63,153 bases of DNA, filler included, from Deltaproteobacteria bacterium (GCA_016283195.1; 3 parts of 3 records of this genome joined end to end with filler, not necessarily neighbours in it); one strand, 5' to 3'. Positions 9,288-20,053 are shown, counted from the whole stretch's first letter. Notes: generated by a model from the sequence alone, not told the origin. Translations and numbers: made by a program.

Positions 9288-11849
9288 ATGAAGACTCTGA
9301 AAACCTTTAACGTCTCTCCTATGCTGCCTAAGGCCCTGGAACCTTTAAAAGACCTAGCTTATAATGTCTGGTGGGCTTGGGACAACGATGCTCAGGACAT
9401 TTTTGTGCGTATCGACCCGGACGCTTGGGAAAAATCGCACCATAATCCCGTTAAAACTCTCTCCACAGTGAGTAAAGAGCGCTTTAACGAACTGGCCAAA
9501 GACGATGCTTTCCTGGCCAGCATGGAGCGGGTAAATAGCCGTTTCCATGACTATATTTCCGCCAAAGGGTGGTTTACCGAGCACTATAAAAAGAAAGCGT
9601 TATCGGTGGCATATTTTTCTTTGGAATTTGGCCTTACCGAGTCGCTCCCCATCTATTCCGGCGGTTTGGGCATTTTGGCCGGCGACCACCTGAAAGCAGC
9701 TTCCGATTTGGCTTTGCCGCTGGTCGGTGTAGGCCTTTTGTACCGCTGCGGCTATTTCTCTCAAAGCTTAAATCGCGAAGGCTGGCAGGTGGAGACTTAT
9801 AACGAAAATGATTGGTCGATGTTGCCGGTTACTAAAGTGCTTGACGCTCACGGTAATCCCTTGGCTGTTAGCGTGGAATTTCCCGATGGCAATGTGGTGG
9901 CTAATATCTGGCGCGTTGATGTTGGGCGGGTGCCGCTCTATCTCCTCGATACCAATATTCCCGAAAACAGCCAGGCTATGCGCGAAATCACCGGCCAGCT
10001 TTATGCCGGCGATCGCGAGCTGCGTATTCGCCAGGAACTCCTTTTAGGTGTTGGCGGTATGCGCGCTCTTAAGGCCATGGGCATTGAGCCCACTGTTTGC
10101 CACATGAATGAAGGTCATGCCGCTTTTCTCGCCATTGAGCGCATTTGCCAGGCTATGGAAGCCGGCCATCTTAACTTTGACGAAGCCAGTGAAGCTACAG
10201 CTGCCGGTAATGTCTTTACCACTCATACTCCGGTGCCGGCCGGCAATGACGAATTTGCCCCTGATTTGCTCCTCCGCTATTTGCGCCCCTGGCAGGGCAG
10301 AGTGCAGCTGGACGACCGGGCCTTCTTGGGCCTAGGCCGTCGCGATATCAATAATAATGCCGAGCTATTTTGTATGACTGTTTTGGCCATTAAACTCTCG
10401 GCTTATCGCAACGGCGTGAGCCGCCTCCATGGCCATGTTTCGCAAGGTATGTGGCAACCGCTTTATAAAGATGTGCCGGTTGACGATGTGCCCATTACCA
10501 GTGTTACCAACGGTGTGCACCTGCGCACTTGGATTTCCCGCGATATGGCTGTCCTTTATGACCGCTACATCGGCCCGGATTGGCAATATGCTTGCGGAGA
10601 AAATTCTATTTGGAGCCGCGTGGACAATATTCCCGATGAAGAGCTCTGGCGTGCTCATGAGCGGCGCCGCGAGCGCCTGGTGACTTTCTCCCGCAAACGG
10701 CTTGTAAGTCAATATGAGCGCCGTGCTGCTCCCCAAGCCGATGTCCAGGCAGCGAGCGAAGTGTTGCAAAGTAAAGCGCTCACCATTGGTTTTGCCCGCC
10801 GTTTTGCCACTTATAAACGGGGCACTTTACTGTTGCGCAATTTGGACAGGTTGGAAAAAATTCTCTCTAATAGTGAGCATCCGGTGCAAATTGTTATGGC
10901 CGGTAAAGCTCACCCGCGCGATGATGCCGGTAAAGAGCTCATTAAAGAGATTCAAAAGCAAATTTGGAATCGCCCGGCACTTAAGGGGCGCTTCATCTTT
11001 ATTGAAGATTACGATATGTATGTGGCACGCCGCTTGGTGCAAGGTGTGGATATCTGGCTCAATACGCCGCGCCGCCCCTTGGAAGCCTCCGGTACTTCAG
11101 GCATGAAAGCTTCGGCCAACGGTGTTTTAAATCTAAGTATTCTGGATGGCTGGTGGTGCGAAGCCTATGAGCGCGATCCGGAATGCGGCTGGGCTATCGG
11201 CAACGGTACCGAATACAGCGACACCAATTACCAGGATGAGATTGAAGCTAATAGCATTTATGACCTCCTGGAAAGAGAAATTGTGCCCCTCTTCTATCAT
11301 AGAAGCGCCGATGGTTTGCCTAGAGAGTGGATTGCCAAAATGAAACGCTCTCTTAGGACTATTAACCCCATCTTTAGCTCAGCCCGCATGGTTGAGGAAT
11401 ATACCGAGCGCGCTTATATCCCGGTGCAGGAATATTATGCCGGATTGCAAAAGAACGATTTTGCCGGTGCCAAAGAGCTATCGGCCTGGAAACAGCGGGT
11501 TAAAGGGCTCTGGAGTGGGCTCAAAATTGATAATATTGAGGCCACTATTCCCAAAGAGGCCGCTGTCGGCGATAAAATTCCGGTAGAAATTGCCGTAAAT
11601 CTCAACAACCTTTCGCCGGAAGAAATTCAGGTGGAGCTCATTTACGGCTCGGTTGATGCTCTTGGTGAGTTAATCAGCAATAAACAACAAGTTGTTGTGC
11701 CTCTCAAAGAGAGTAAAGACGGCAAAGCCGTTTACAGCGGCGCTATTTGTTGCAACCAGGCCGGGCGCATGGGCTTTAGCGTGCGCATCTTGCCGCACAA
11801 TGCCAAATTGCGTGAACCGCTCGATATGACTCTGGTCCTCTGGGCCTAA
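9288..11849 (+). CDS. glgP: Alpha-glucan (glycogen/maltodextrin) phosphorylase, GT35
   Basis: YSGGLGILAGDHLK, HMNEGH, ARRFATYKR, EASGTSGMK PLP-lysine motif. Confidence 0.97.
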   Translation: MKTLKTFNVSPMLPKALEPLKDLAYNVWWAWDNDAQDIFVRIDPDAWEKSHHNPVKTLSTVSKERFNELAKDDAFLASMERVNSRFHDYISAKGWFTEHYKKKALSVAYFSLEFGLTESLPIYSGGLGILAGDHLKAASDLALPLVGVGLLYRCGYFSQSLNREGWQVETYNENDWSMLPVTKVLDAHGNPLAVSVEFPDGNVVANIWRVDVGRVPLYLLDTNIPENSQAMREITGQLYAGDRELRIRQELLLGVGGMRALKAMGIEPTVCHMNEGHAAFLAIERICQAMEAGHLNFDEASEATAAGNVFTTHTPVPAGNDEFAPDLLLRYLRPWQGRVQLDDRAFLGLGRRDINNNAELFCMTVLAIKLSAYRNGVSRLHGHVSQGMWQPLYKDVPVDDVPITSVTNGVHLRTWISRDMAVLYDRYIGPDWQYACGENSIWSRVDNIPDEELWRAHERRRERLVTFSRKRLVSQYERRAAPQADVQAASEVLQSKALTIGFARRFATYKRGTLLLRNLDRLEKILSNSEHPVQIVMAGKAHPRDDAGKELIKEIQKQIWNRPALKGRFIFIEDYDMYVARRLVQGVDIWLNTPRRPLEASGTSGMKASANGVLNLSILDGWWCEAYERDPECGWAIGNGTEYSDTNYQDEIEANSIYDLLEREIVPLFYHRSADGLPREWIAKMKRSLRTINPIFSSARMVEEYTERAYIPVQEYYAGLQKNDFAGAKELSAWKQRVKGLWSGLKIDNIEATIPKEAAVGDKIPVEIAVNLNNLSPEEIQVELIYGSVDALGELISNKQQVVVPLKESKDGKAVYSGAICCNQAGRMGFSVRILPHNAKLREPLDMTLVLWA

Positions 11850-12143
11850 TTGGAGCTTTCCGTGGACGATTTGGTACGGGTGGACATTATTGTAACCGGC
11901 CATGTTCAGGGCGTTTTCTTTCGCTCATCCACACTGGAAGTGGCCCAGTCGCTGCGCCTTTTGGGCTGGGTGGAAAACCTGCCCGACGGCGCGGTGGAGA
12001 TTGTGGCCGAGGGCTCTTCTTATGCTATTGAAAGCCTCATCGAATGGGCCAAAAAAGGGCCGCATCTGGCTGAAGTTGCCGAGGTGCGCGTGCGCTACGA
12101 AAAGCCTAAAGGTGAGTTTAAGACCTTTATGATAATTGAGTAA
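11850..12143 (+). CDS. acyP: Acylphosphatase
   Basis: VTGHVQGVFFR and GWVENLPDGAVE signatures. Confidence 0.93.
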   Translation: MELSVDDLVRVDIIVTGHVQGVFFRSSTLEVAQSLRLLGWVENLPDGAVEIVAEGSSYAIESLIEWAKKGPHLAEVAEVRVRYEKPKGEFKTFMIIE

Positions 12144-12175
12144 TTCTGGCTCCTCTTTTACCGCAGAAATAATCT

Positions 12176-13213
12176 TTATTGCCAGCTGAGTGTTTTAAGG
12201 CCCAGGCGCACGCTGTAGGCCGTTTGCTCGCCCAGGCCCTTTAAATTGAGATGGCGGCAGGATATAACTTGCACAAGAGAGGCGATTTGGCGGTAAGTAT
12301 CTTCAGATATTAGAATTTCTCCGGGAGCGGCTTTAGCGCAAAGGCGCGAGGCTAGGTTGATTGAGCCGCCGATTGCCGTCATATCGCGGCGGAACGAAGC
12401 GCCTATGGGGCCCACTACCGCCATGCCGCTATGCATGCCGATACCTATAGAAAGCGGTGTACCGCGAGAAAGCATGGGATTATTGTTAAGCTCGGCGCTG
12501 ATACCGTTCATAATGGCATCGGCAGCCGTGAGTGCTGAGGCCGCGTGGTTATTCCGGCTCTCAGGCGCATAGCCGAAAATAGCCATCAAGCTGTCGCCTA
12601 TATATTTATCGATAATGCCGCCGCAATTAAGCACATAGCGAGCCATAATTTCAAACATGCTGTTGAGTATTGCGGCTACAGTTTCCGGATCATGATTTTC
12701 GCTATAAGCGGTAAAACCGCGCACATCGGCGAAAAGAGCGGTTATTTCCATGCGCATCGGTGCATGGTTATGGTAACTTAGGGTATAGCGGCCAAGCTCT
12801 TGCAATACTCCCGGCAAATTGTGAAATTTTAGTTGCTGTACCAGGCGTTCGGCCAGCTCCGGCACTGAGGCGCCGCGCAAAATATAAGTATCTATTATTG
12901 ACATACGGCGCAAAAGCGGAGTCACCGATTGGGGCTCTAAAAGATAAATAACCGGCATAAAAATCTGCGGATACTTTTGCCTAAAATCATCGATGCAGCA
13001 ATTGCCGAGCCCTAAAGTCATTTCATAATCAAGGAGCAAAATATGCGGCGGGGCGACACTTAGGGCCATTATGGCACTATCAAAACTGATATGGGTACTT
13101 ACTTGGTAGCCGAGATTGGTGAGTATGCCGGAAAGCCATTCCAAATAGATGGGATCGTGGTCAATAACGGTAACATTTATTTGCGGGCCGAAAATTGCGC
13201 TTATATCGCTCAT
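12176..13213 (-). CDS. Receiver domain + class III adenylate/guanylate cyclase
   Basis: VIDHD...LLLD receiver; LFADVRGFT, DKYIGD, NLASRL cyclase motifs. Confidence 0.9.
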   Translation of the reverse strand: MSDISAIFGPQINVTVIDHDPIYLEWLSGILTNLGYQVSTHISFDSAIMALSVAPPHILLLDYEMTLGLGNCCIDDFRQKYPQIFMPVIYLLEPQSVTPLLRRMSIIDTYILRGASVPELAERLVQQLKFHNLPGVLQELGRYTLSYHNHAPMRMEITALFADVRGFTAYSENHDPETVAAILNSMFEIMARYVLNCGGIIDKYIGDSLMAIFGYAPESRNNHAASALTAADAIMNGISAELNNNPMLSRGTPLSIGIGMHSGMAVVGPIGASFRRDMTAIGGSINLASRLCAKAAPGEILISEDTYRQIASLVQVISCRHLNLKGLGEQTAYSVRLGLKTLSWQ

Positions 13214-13228
13214 ACTTTTTGCCGAATT

Positions 13229-15970
13229 TTATATGCCGTGGAAAGTGGAAATGGGTACTTTGGAGCAGGCTGCTTTTAAGTAAAATTTATTATCAGCAAC
13301 TTGGCCTATTGCTCCTTCCGGCCAGGAATATGCCCGGCATTTATTAGTGTTTTCGACCAAAGTGCCAAGCGGGCAGGCCGAAGCTCCGCTGGGCAGAGTG
13401 TAATAAAAAGCGCCATCGGTAGCCGAGGCGGTGGTGCCGGCCGGCGGCATACCGTAAAAACAGGCGCGGCCGTCAAAATAGCCGCCATTGGGGCAGGGGA
13501 AAGCACAATTTGGCATTGAGGCTGCCGGCTGGCATGATGGGGTAAAATAGACATCGTTACCTTTAACTAGGACCGTTTTGCCCGCCGGCACCGGCCCTAT
13601 TTCGCAAATAGAGCCCTTTTCGCGGCCATAGGGGCAGGGTTTTACGCCGCTTTTGTTGATTTGCGGCATGGTGATGAAATTATCGGTTACTTGAGGCGTA
13701 TAATCCAGTGGGGCGCGGAAGATTACACAGCGGTTTTCTATAAATTCGCCAATACCTCCGCAGGGATTAGTGCAGCTTGGGGAGATGGTGCTTTCAACGC
13801 AAGGAGAGAGGTAACCGGCGGTATTATCGACAATAACCGGTATTTTTTCGTTATCGCCGCTAAAGATAACGCAGCGGTTTTCAGCCAAAGTGCCGCCATT
13901 GGGACAGGCGCCGCTTACTGCCTGGTAAAAAATATCAGCTCCCTTTTGGAAAAGCTGGCTCGCCGATTTGGCAAATAAACAATGGCCGTTGGTATAGGTG
14001 CCGCCGGCCGGGCAATAATCATCGGTATTACAATCTTCATAGCGGCGCACATAATCAATAGTGTGTGTTTGCCGCGGGAAATCCATGGGGTGGGGATAGT
14101 GTTCCGCATCCCTGGCATGGACGGTGGAATTTAAAATCAGGTAAAAGGGAATATCCGGTATATCGAGAGGCGATTTATCGAGAGTATTACCGGTAATAAG
14201 GCTTTTGGTTTTGGCGAGTTCCCCCTCTTTGGTACCGCCGATATAGTGGTTATCCACATAAAAACGCAGCTCGTGCGGTGTCCACTCCACGGTGTAAATA
14301 TGGAATTCCTCATTTTGCTGTTCAAAACTCATGGCGAGAGCTGTGCCGCCCATGGAGGAGTGCGTGCTTTCCACCAAATTGCCTTCGTCGTCATAATAAT
14401 CATTGCCGTCGTGGAAATTGGCTTCTACGGCCGCTTTTTTCGAAAAAGCTTCCATAATATCTATCTCACCGTCGTTGGGCCAGCCGCCTTTTTGGGGTAA
14501 CATCCAGTGGGCCGGCCAGGAACCTTCACCGATGGGCAGTTTGGCTCTTACTTCCCAGCGGCCGTAAGTGGCATTGTAGCCGCTTGTTAAGTCGGTTTTT
14601 TCGGTATCCACGGCACCGGAAATTATGGGGCAGTCAATGCTGTTGCGAATTTGCGGACTTGTCTCCGAAATATCCCGCCCGCAATCGTAACTCTCCAAGA
14701 TAGTGTGTATAGAAGTATTCTTACTCCAGCTATCGTCGTAGCCGCTTTTGGGCGGGAAGGCGATACTGGAGAGAATGAGAGTGCCGTCTTTGACTTTGAC
14801 CATAGAGGGATGAAAGGCATTGACGCCCGAGCCCAGTGGCTTGTCGCTATCCATCCAGTTATAGAGCGAAAAGACATTCCAAGTGCACTTATCGAGATCG
14901 GCCAAATCAATAGCGAGCTCGCTTAATCCCAGGCTTTCAAGCTGGGCATTAGTGGGCTTTTGCCCCTTGTCGCACTCGTCAAAACACCAATAACAGGAGC
15001 GGCAAATGGCTTTTTTGCTATCGCCATAACACTCCTCGCGCCCCGGCACCGGCCCATTGAATTCATCGGCCCAGACTTTTTTTAAGCGGCGATTTTTGCG
15101 CAAAGCAGGGTAGGCGGTATCGGTATTGCCGTCCAGAGTGCAAGTTTTTTGGTCACAGAGGCCCTGTAAAGCGTTAGTGGGATCGTCGCAATGTTCGGCG
15201 CCGCATATTACCCCATCGCCGCAGGTATTGACAAAGAGTTTACAGCTTTCGCTGCAACCGGAGCAGCTATTATTATTGATATCGCCAAGATCACACTCCT
15301 CATTCCCGCAAGCAACGCCGTCGCCGCAGCGATTAAAATTGCGCTTGCAATCATTGGAGCAACTGTCGCAATTATTTTTATTGCCATCATCGCAGCTTTC
15401 GCCGGGGCAGACAATACCGTCACCGCAAAGGGGTGCATAAAAATTGCAATTACTGTCACAGCCGTCGCAAGGGTCGCGATTGCCGTCATCGCAGGCTTCG
15501 CCGGCGCCGGCGCAGACAATGCCGTCGCCGCAAATATTGTTATGTAATTTGCAAGTGGCAAGGCAACCGTCACAATCATCGGTATTGCCGTCGTCGCACT
15601 CTTCATTACCACATTTAAAGCCGTCGCCGCAGCGGGGAAAGTTTAGTTTACATTCGGCGGTGCAGGTATCGCAGCTGTCGGTATTGCCATCGTCGCATTC
15701 TTCATTGCCGATAACAACACCATCTCCGCAAAGAGGCTGGCAAATATCGGCTCCGCCGGCGCCTTTATGGCAACTGAAACCTCTGGTTACCTGGCACTCG
15801 GCATTGCAGCCGTCGTTAGCTATTAAGTTGCCGTCATCACAGCCCTCGCCCTCTTCGCGAATACCGTTGCCGCAAGTGCTCTCATGATTAGCCTGCTTGT
15901 CGCTGCAACCAGGCACAATTATTAGTAAAAATACCAAGGAAAAAATTGCTGACAGTCGTTGATGTTGCAT
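13229..15970 (-). CDS. Lipoprotein with myxobacterial Cys-rich repeats (DUF4215-like), GH16 catalytic domain and Cys-rich C-terminus
   Basis: Lipobox-like IVPGC; CGDG..EECDDGN repeats; WADEFNG, WPAHWML, GEIDIME (ExDxxE). Confidence 0.9.
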   Translation of the reverse strand: MQHQRLSAIFSLVFLLIIVPGCSDKQANHESTCGNGIREEGEGCDDGNLIANDGCNAECQVTRGFSCHKGAGGADICQPLCGDGVVIGNEECDDGNTDSCDTCTAECKLNFPRCGDGFKCGNEECDDGNTDDCDGCLATCKLHNNICGDGIVCAGAGEACDDGNRDPCDGCDSNCNFYAPLCGDGIVCPGESCDDGNKNNCDSCSNDCKRNFNRCGDGVACGNEECDLGDINNNSCSGCSESCKLFVNTCGDGVICGAEHCDDPTNALQGLCDQKTCTLDGNTDTAYPALRKNRRLKKVWADEFNGPVPGREECYGDSKKAICRSCYWCFDECDKGQKPTNAQLESLGLSELAIDLADLDKCTWNVFSLYNWMDSDKPLGSGVNAFHPSMVKVKDGTLILSSIAFPPKSGYDDSWSKNTSIHTILESYDCGRDISETSPQIRNSIDCPIISGAVDTEKTDLTSGYNATYGRWEVRAKLPIGEGSWPAHWMLPQKGGWPNDGEIDIMEAFSKKAAVEANFHDGNDYYDDEGNLVESTHSSMGGTALAMSFEQQNEEFHIYTVEWTPHELRFYVDNHYIGGTKEGELAKTKSLITGNTLDKSPLDIPDIPFYLILNSTVHARDAEHYPHPMDFPRQTHTIDYVRRYEDCNTDDYCPAGGTYTNGHCLFAKSASQLFQKGADIFYQAVSGACPNGGTLAENRCVIFSGDNEKIPVIVDNTAGYLSPCVESTISPSCTNPCGGIGEFIENRCVIFRAPLDYTPQVTDNFITMPQINKSGVKPCPYGREKGSICEIGPVPAGKTVLVKGNDVYFTPSCQPAASMPNCAFPCPNGGYFDGRACFYGMPPAGTTASATDGAFYYTLPSGASACPLGTLVENTNKCRAYSWPEGAIGQVADNKFYLKAACSKVPISTFHGI

Positions 15971-16164
15971 AATAATGCCTCCCGGCGCAAAGCCGCCAAA
16001 ATCATAGCGGCTTTTGACGGCGCTAACAAGCTCTTTCATTTAGATGGTGCTTCTGAGTGCGCTTTTCGTAAAACTTGACATAACGCTTCTTTAGTAGTGA
16101 TCTGTAGTAGTGTCATAGCGGCTCAGATGGAGTCCGAGCAGGCGCATAACATTAGGCCGGTGGA

Positions 16165-17424
16165 ATGGTAATGGAAATTGAACAAGTTTCTAATATGTTG
16201 GAAAAAAACAACCTTAAACGGGTGGTGCATATTGTAAAAGCCATTCAGGACCCAAAGATAAAAACGGCTGTTATTGATATTTTGGGAACTTCTCTCGATG
16301 CGCGGGAAACTCTAGACAGAATAGAATTAAAGCCTTTTGAAGCTGCCAGCTACGAAATGAGCGGCGCCACAGTTTGGCAGAGTGTTTCGGTGCAGGTTTA
16401 CGGCGCTTTTATGAAAGTAGGCCAGCTTATTGCCGTTATTAATCAATATTGTCCGGCGGTAGAAGAGAGCGCTGTTGATGATGACGCTTTTGATATGGCC
16501 TTTGCCGAGCTTGATGATGACGCTTTTGCCAAACCTACAGAAGCCAGAACACAAGATATAGATGCTCTTTTTGATGAAATTCTCGATGATTCGGCCGATG
16601 GTCTCAGTCAGAGTGAAGAAATTTGGGCTCATCTGCGCTCCACCTGTTCCAGTGTGGCGGCAGTTTTAAAGAGTGAAATAGGACAGTTTAACCGCCGCAT
16701 TTCTCTGGAAGCAGTCTTTAGCGACCGCTGGAATCTTTTGGGCGAAATTCAGGAGACCAAGCACCGCCTCACTAAAGGCATCGGGGCGCTACTCACCGGT
16801 GTTTGTTCCATTTTTGAGCCGGTGCGCAAAGAAGATGTGGTGCCCAATTATCACACTTTGATTTCCTCCGCCCTTTTGCTGCGCACCTACTTTTTGGATA
16901 TGCGCCTTTATATGCAGGAAATATCCAATCAAATGAAGGCCGGCCCGGAGACCGAGTGGCGGGATCTGGCCAATAAAGTTTATATAAAAGTGGAAGAGAC
17001 TATATTTTCCGAAACATTTGATTGGATGCGCCCTTTGGACAAGAGAGTGCTCATAGATTTGCGCAACCGTCTGCATGATGCTCTGGAAAGCACTTCTAAA
17101 AACAATCGCCGCTTTTATGAAGTGGTGGAAGATACATTGCGCTTTTCCGAAGCTATGAACATCATCAATAGTCGCGAGAGTCTTATTGAACACGACCAAG
17201 AAGCTTTAAATATTGCTCTTTTGCATTTACAATCGGCCGAAGAGAGCAATTCGCCGGCTACTAGTCAATCGATGCAAGCTGCCCTTGCTGCGCTCTTTTC
17301 GGTGCGCGGGCGCGATATGGAGCTCGACCGCCTGGTGGCTAAATTGAGTATCGAATATAGCCCGGAAGTGATGCAAGAGCTCATGGCCAACTTGCACCGA
17401 GTGCTGGGGACACTTATCAAATGA
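16165..17424 (+). CDS. Hypothetical helical protein
   Basis: 419-aa ORF overlapping the start of the next gene. Confidence 0.75.
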   Translation: MVMEIEQVSNMLEKNNLKRVVHIVKAIQDPKIKTAVIDILGTSLDARETLDRIELKPFEAASYEMSGATVWQSVSVQVYGAFMKVGQLIAVINQYCPAVEESAVDDDAFDMAFAELDDDAFAKPTEARTQDIDALFDEILDDSADGLSQSEEIWAHLRSTCSSVAAVLKSEIGQFNRRISLEAVFSDRWNLLGEIQETKHRLTKGIGALLTGVCSIFEPVRKEDVVPNYHTLISSALLLRTYFLDMRLYMQEISNQMKAGPETEWRDLANKVYIKVEETIFSETFDWMRPLDKRVLIDLRNRLHDALESTSKNNRRFYEVVEDTLRFSEAMNIINSRESLIEHDQEALNIALLHLQSAEESNSPATSQSMQAALAALFSVRGRDMELDRLVAKLSIEYSPEVMQELMANLHRVLGTLIK

Positions 17425-17888
17425 GCAATTGGGTTAAAAAAGCGCCTCAATTTGGCGACCATATAAGAGTGAAACGCATTGCCTACAGTCACCACGGCAT
17501 ATTTGTCAGCGAAGATGAAGTAATATGCTATTCCGGTGAGCCGTTAAAAATAAAAGATGCCAAAGTGGTGCGGCAAACTCTCAATGATTTTCTTTGCGGC
17601 GGCAAAGATGAGCCCTCGGCCGAAGTGGAAGTTAATACCGCGCCGGCCCTCTTTTCTCCCGCAGAAGTAGTGCGCCGGGCCAGAGAGCGTCTTGGCGAAT
17701 GTAATTACAAAATAACCGGTAATAATTGTGAGCACTTTGCCAACTGGTGCCGCCGTGGCGAAAGCCGTAGCGAGCAGGTTGAAAATGCCAAAAAAGTTGG
17801 TCTTGCCGCCGCTTTAGGCGGTTTGTTGGCAGGTGGTATTGCCGCCGCCGTCGCTATATCTTCCGATAATGATTCTAAAAACGCATGA
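17421..17888 (+). CDS. LRAT/NC-domain (NlpC/P60-like) protein
   Basis: YSHHGIF and NNCEHFANWC motifs, hydrophobic C-terminal segment. Confidence 0.9.
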   Translation: MSNWVKKAPQFGDHIRVKRIAYSHHGIFVSEDEVICYSGEPLKIKDAKVVRQTLNDFLCGGKDEPSAEVEVNTAPALFSPAEVVRRARERLGECNYKITGNNCEHFANWCRRGESRSEQVENAKKVGLAAALGGLLAGGIAAAVAISSDNDSKNA

Positions 17889-18610
17889 AAAGCCTCATAT
17901 TTGCTATTATATTTTTGGGCGCCGCTACATCGCAGCCGGAAGCTAAAGGTATTAACCCGGATATTTGCCCGGTAGCAGGTGAAGGCTGTGTTTGCCCTAA
18001 AACCTGGCCGGAATATGGCGGCCCGGCCTGTATGCCAAAATTTAGAGGCACGGTTACTGCCATATCCACGCCGCTTGCGGTGATTATGCGCGGGCGCTCC
18101 TATCATGATGATTGCCCGGTGCCGCTAACTGATTTGCGCCTTGTCACTTTTACCCACTTTGGCTTTGACGGCCTCATATATGACGGCCAAGTGGTGGTCT
18201 CAGCCAGGGTGGCTGATGAAATACTACAAATTTTCAAAGAGTTATATGAAATGCGCTTTCCAATAGAAAAAGCGCGTCTTATTGATTATTACGAAGCCAG
18301 CGATGCCCGCTCCATGGCCGATAACAACACCAGCGCCTTTAATTGCCGCCGCGTTACCGGCGGTAAGGGCTGGTCGCAGCATACTTATGGTGAGGCTATT
18401 GATATAAATCCTTTGCAAAATCCCTATGTTAATTCTCACGGTGTGGAGCCTCTAGGCGGCAGGGAATTTCTAAACCGCTCAAAACGCCAAAAAGGTATGA
18501 TTCTGGCCGCTGATCCAGTGGTAAAGCTTTTGGCCAAATATGGTTGGAAGTGGGGCGGCAGCTGGAATTCTGTAAAAGATTATCAGCATTTTTCAAAGAG
18601 CGGGCGGTGA
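17885..18610 (+). CDS. M15-family Zn metallopeptidase (D-Ala-D-Ala carboxypeptidase-like), secreted
   Basis: NNTSAFNCR, SQHTYGEAIDINP, WGGSW..KDYQHF. Confidence 0.9.
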   Translation: MKSLIFAIIFLGAATSQPEAKGINPDICPVAGEGCVCPKTWPEYGGPACMPKFRGTVTAISTPLAVIMRGRSYHDDCPVPLTDLRLVTFTHFGFDGLIYDGQVVVSARVADEILQIFKELYEMRFPIEKARLIDYYEASDARSMADNNTSAFNCRRVTGGKGWSQHTYGEAIDINPLQNPYVNSHGVEPLGGREFLNRSKRQKGMILAADPVVKLLAKYGWKWGGSWNSVKDYQHFSKSGR

Positions 18611-19096
18611 AAAAAGCCCATCGCCCGGCCCCAGGCTTTCAATTTGCTGGCTTACAGTATTTAGTGAAGCTCCATCGAGGTGCAAGGTGATTGATGGGCC
18701 TTTAAAGATTACCTCATCGTGGCTGATGACGCTCTCTTTGGTGAAATAGGCTTTTTCTGTGCTAACCGTGTAACCGCCCTCAAAGCTCAAAGTGAGGCCG
18801 TCTTTGAGTTCGCCGCTTAGGTCGCTGGCTTTTAGGCGGCCGTGTTTTACTTTTAGGGTATAACTGCTGTCTTTATTTTGGCCTAAAAATACAATATCCT
18901 GCATAGTTATGAGCAACTGATCGCCAAAGGCACTGCTGGCTACTCCCCGGTAAGTAAAACTTGAGCCGTCATTGCCGGTGATGGTGACATCTTTTAAAGT
19001 AAAAAGATTGTCGTCACCGGTAAAATTACCGCTGGTTGTCAGGTTGTTGCAACCGACCAAAAAGAAAAGCAAAATTGGCCATAATTTGCCCTTCAT
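18593..19096 (-). CDS. Lipoprotein, possibly LptC-like beta-jellyroll
   Basis: Lipobox FLVGC and beta-strand-rich sequence; LptC call is by resemblance only. Confidence 0.55.
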   Translation of the reverse strand: MKGKLWPILLFFLVGCNNLTTSGNFTGDDNLFTLKDVTITGNDGSSFTYRGVASSAFGDQLLITMQDIVFLGQNKDSSYTLKVKHGRLKASDLSGELKDGLTLSFEGGYTVSTEKAYFTKESVISHDEVIFKGPSITLHLDGASLNTVSQQIESLGPGDGLFSPPAL

Positions 19097-20046
19097 TTTA
19101 TGGCGGTCTTTCCGGAACTGATAATCAGCACCGTGCCGTTTGTAGCATCTATTGTCCAGCTGGCCGGGCTGGCCGGCAGGATGGTGGTAGCCCCGATTTT
19201 GTAATGATAGCTCGCAATATTAGCACTGTTTTTTACGCTGCTTTCACCGCCTACAAACATTAAGAGATAAAGCTCTTTAGACGGCAGGGTTATAATTTCG
19301 CTATTACAAATATTTATTGTAAAATCAGGAGTTTCTAAAGACGAATGCGCTAAAGTATCGGCTGGGGCAAAATTGCAACAGGCCATACTTTCGGCGAGGT
19401 GCAGCTCGCGCGGATGACCATCGAGCCCCAAGCGACCCCAGTCATAAAGGCGATATGTAGTGTCGGAACATTGTTGCACTTCGGCCAGGAGAATCCCGGC
19501 TCCAATGGCGTGCACTGTACCGGCCGGTACATAATAGAGCTCGCCGGGGTGAACTTCCACGCGGTTTAGATGATTTATAAGTTTTTGATTTTTAATGAGC
19601 TTTGCCAGATGTTCCTGGCCAGTTACGTCCTTTAAACCCAGGTAAATGGCAGCTCCTGGCGCAGCTGAAATGATATACCAAGCCTCGTTTTTGGGGGCCG
19701 GCTCGCCGGGCAAGCTGGCGATGATATCGGCTCTTGGGTGTAACTGTACGGAGAGAGTTTCTGAGGCGTCGATATATTTCAGCATGATGGGGAAATGGTC
19801 AAAGGCGTCGTAAATAATAGAGCCCAGCATCTCCGGGTAACTTTTAAAGAAATCGCCTACCGGGCATTGAAAATGGCCAAAAATCAGCTCGGTTTTATTG
19901 CCCGGTAAATCGGAAACTTCCCATGATTCTCCAAGGTTAGTGCTGTGGGCACTACGCTTGTTTAAAAGAGTGTGCAAATTGCTGCCGCCCCATGGCCGGG
20001 CCATGAAATTACAGACAGTATCCAGCGGCTTTATCTCAATAGACAT
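19093..20046 (-). CDS. manA: Mannose-6-phosphate isomerase, type I
   Basis: PWGG, GESWEVS, LSVQLHP, KNEAWY, GTVHAIG, EVQQCSDTTYRLYDW. Confidence 0.92.
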   Translation of the reverse strand: MSIEIKPLDTVCNFMARPWGGSNLHTLLNKRSAHSTNLGESWEVSDLPGNKTELIFGHFQCPVGDFFKSYPEMLGSIIYDAFDHFPIMLKYIDASETLSVQLHPRADIIASLPGEPAPKNEAWYIISAAPGAAIYLGLKDVTGQEHLAKLIKNQKLINHLNRVEVHPGELYYVPAGTVHAIGAGILLAEVQQCSDTTYRLYDWGRLGLDGHPRELHLAESMACCNFAPADTLAHSSLETPDFTINICNSEIITLPSKELYLLMFVGGESSVKNSANIASYHYKIGATTILPASPASWTIDATNGTVLIISSGKTAIK

Positions 20047-20053
20047 TGCGTAC

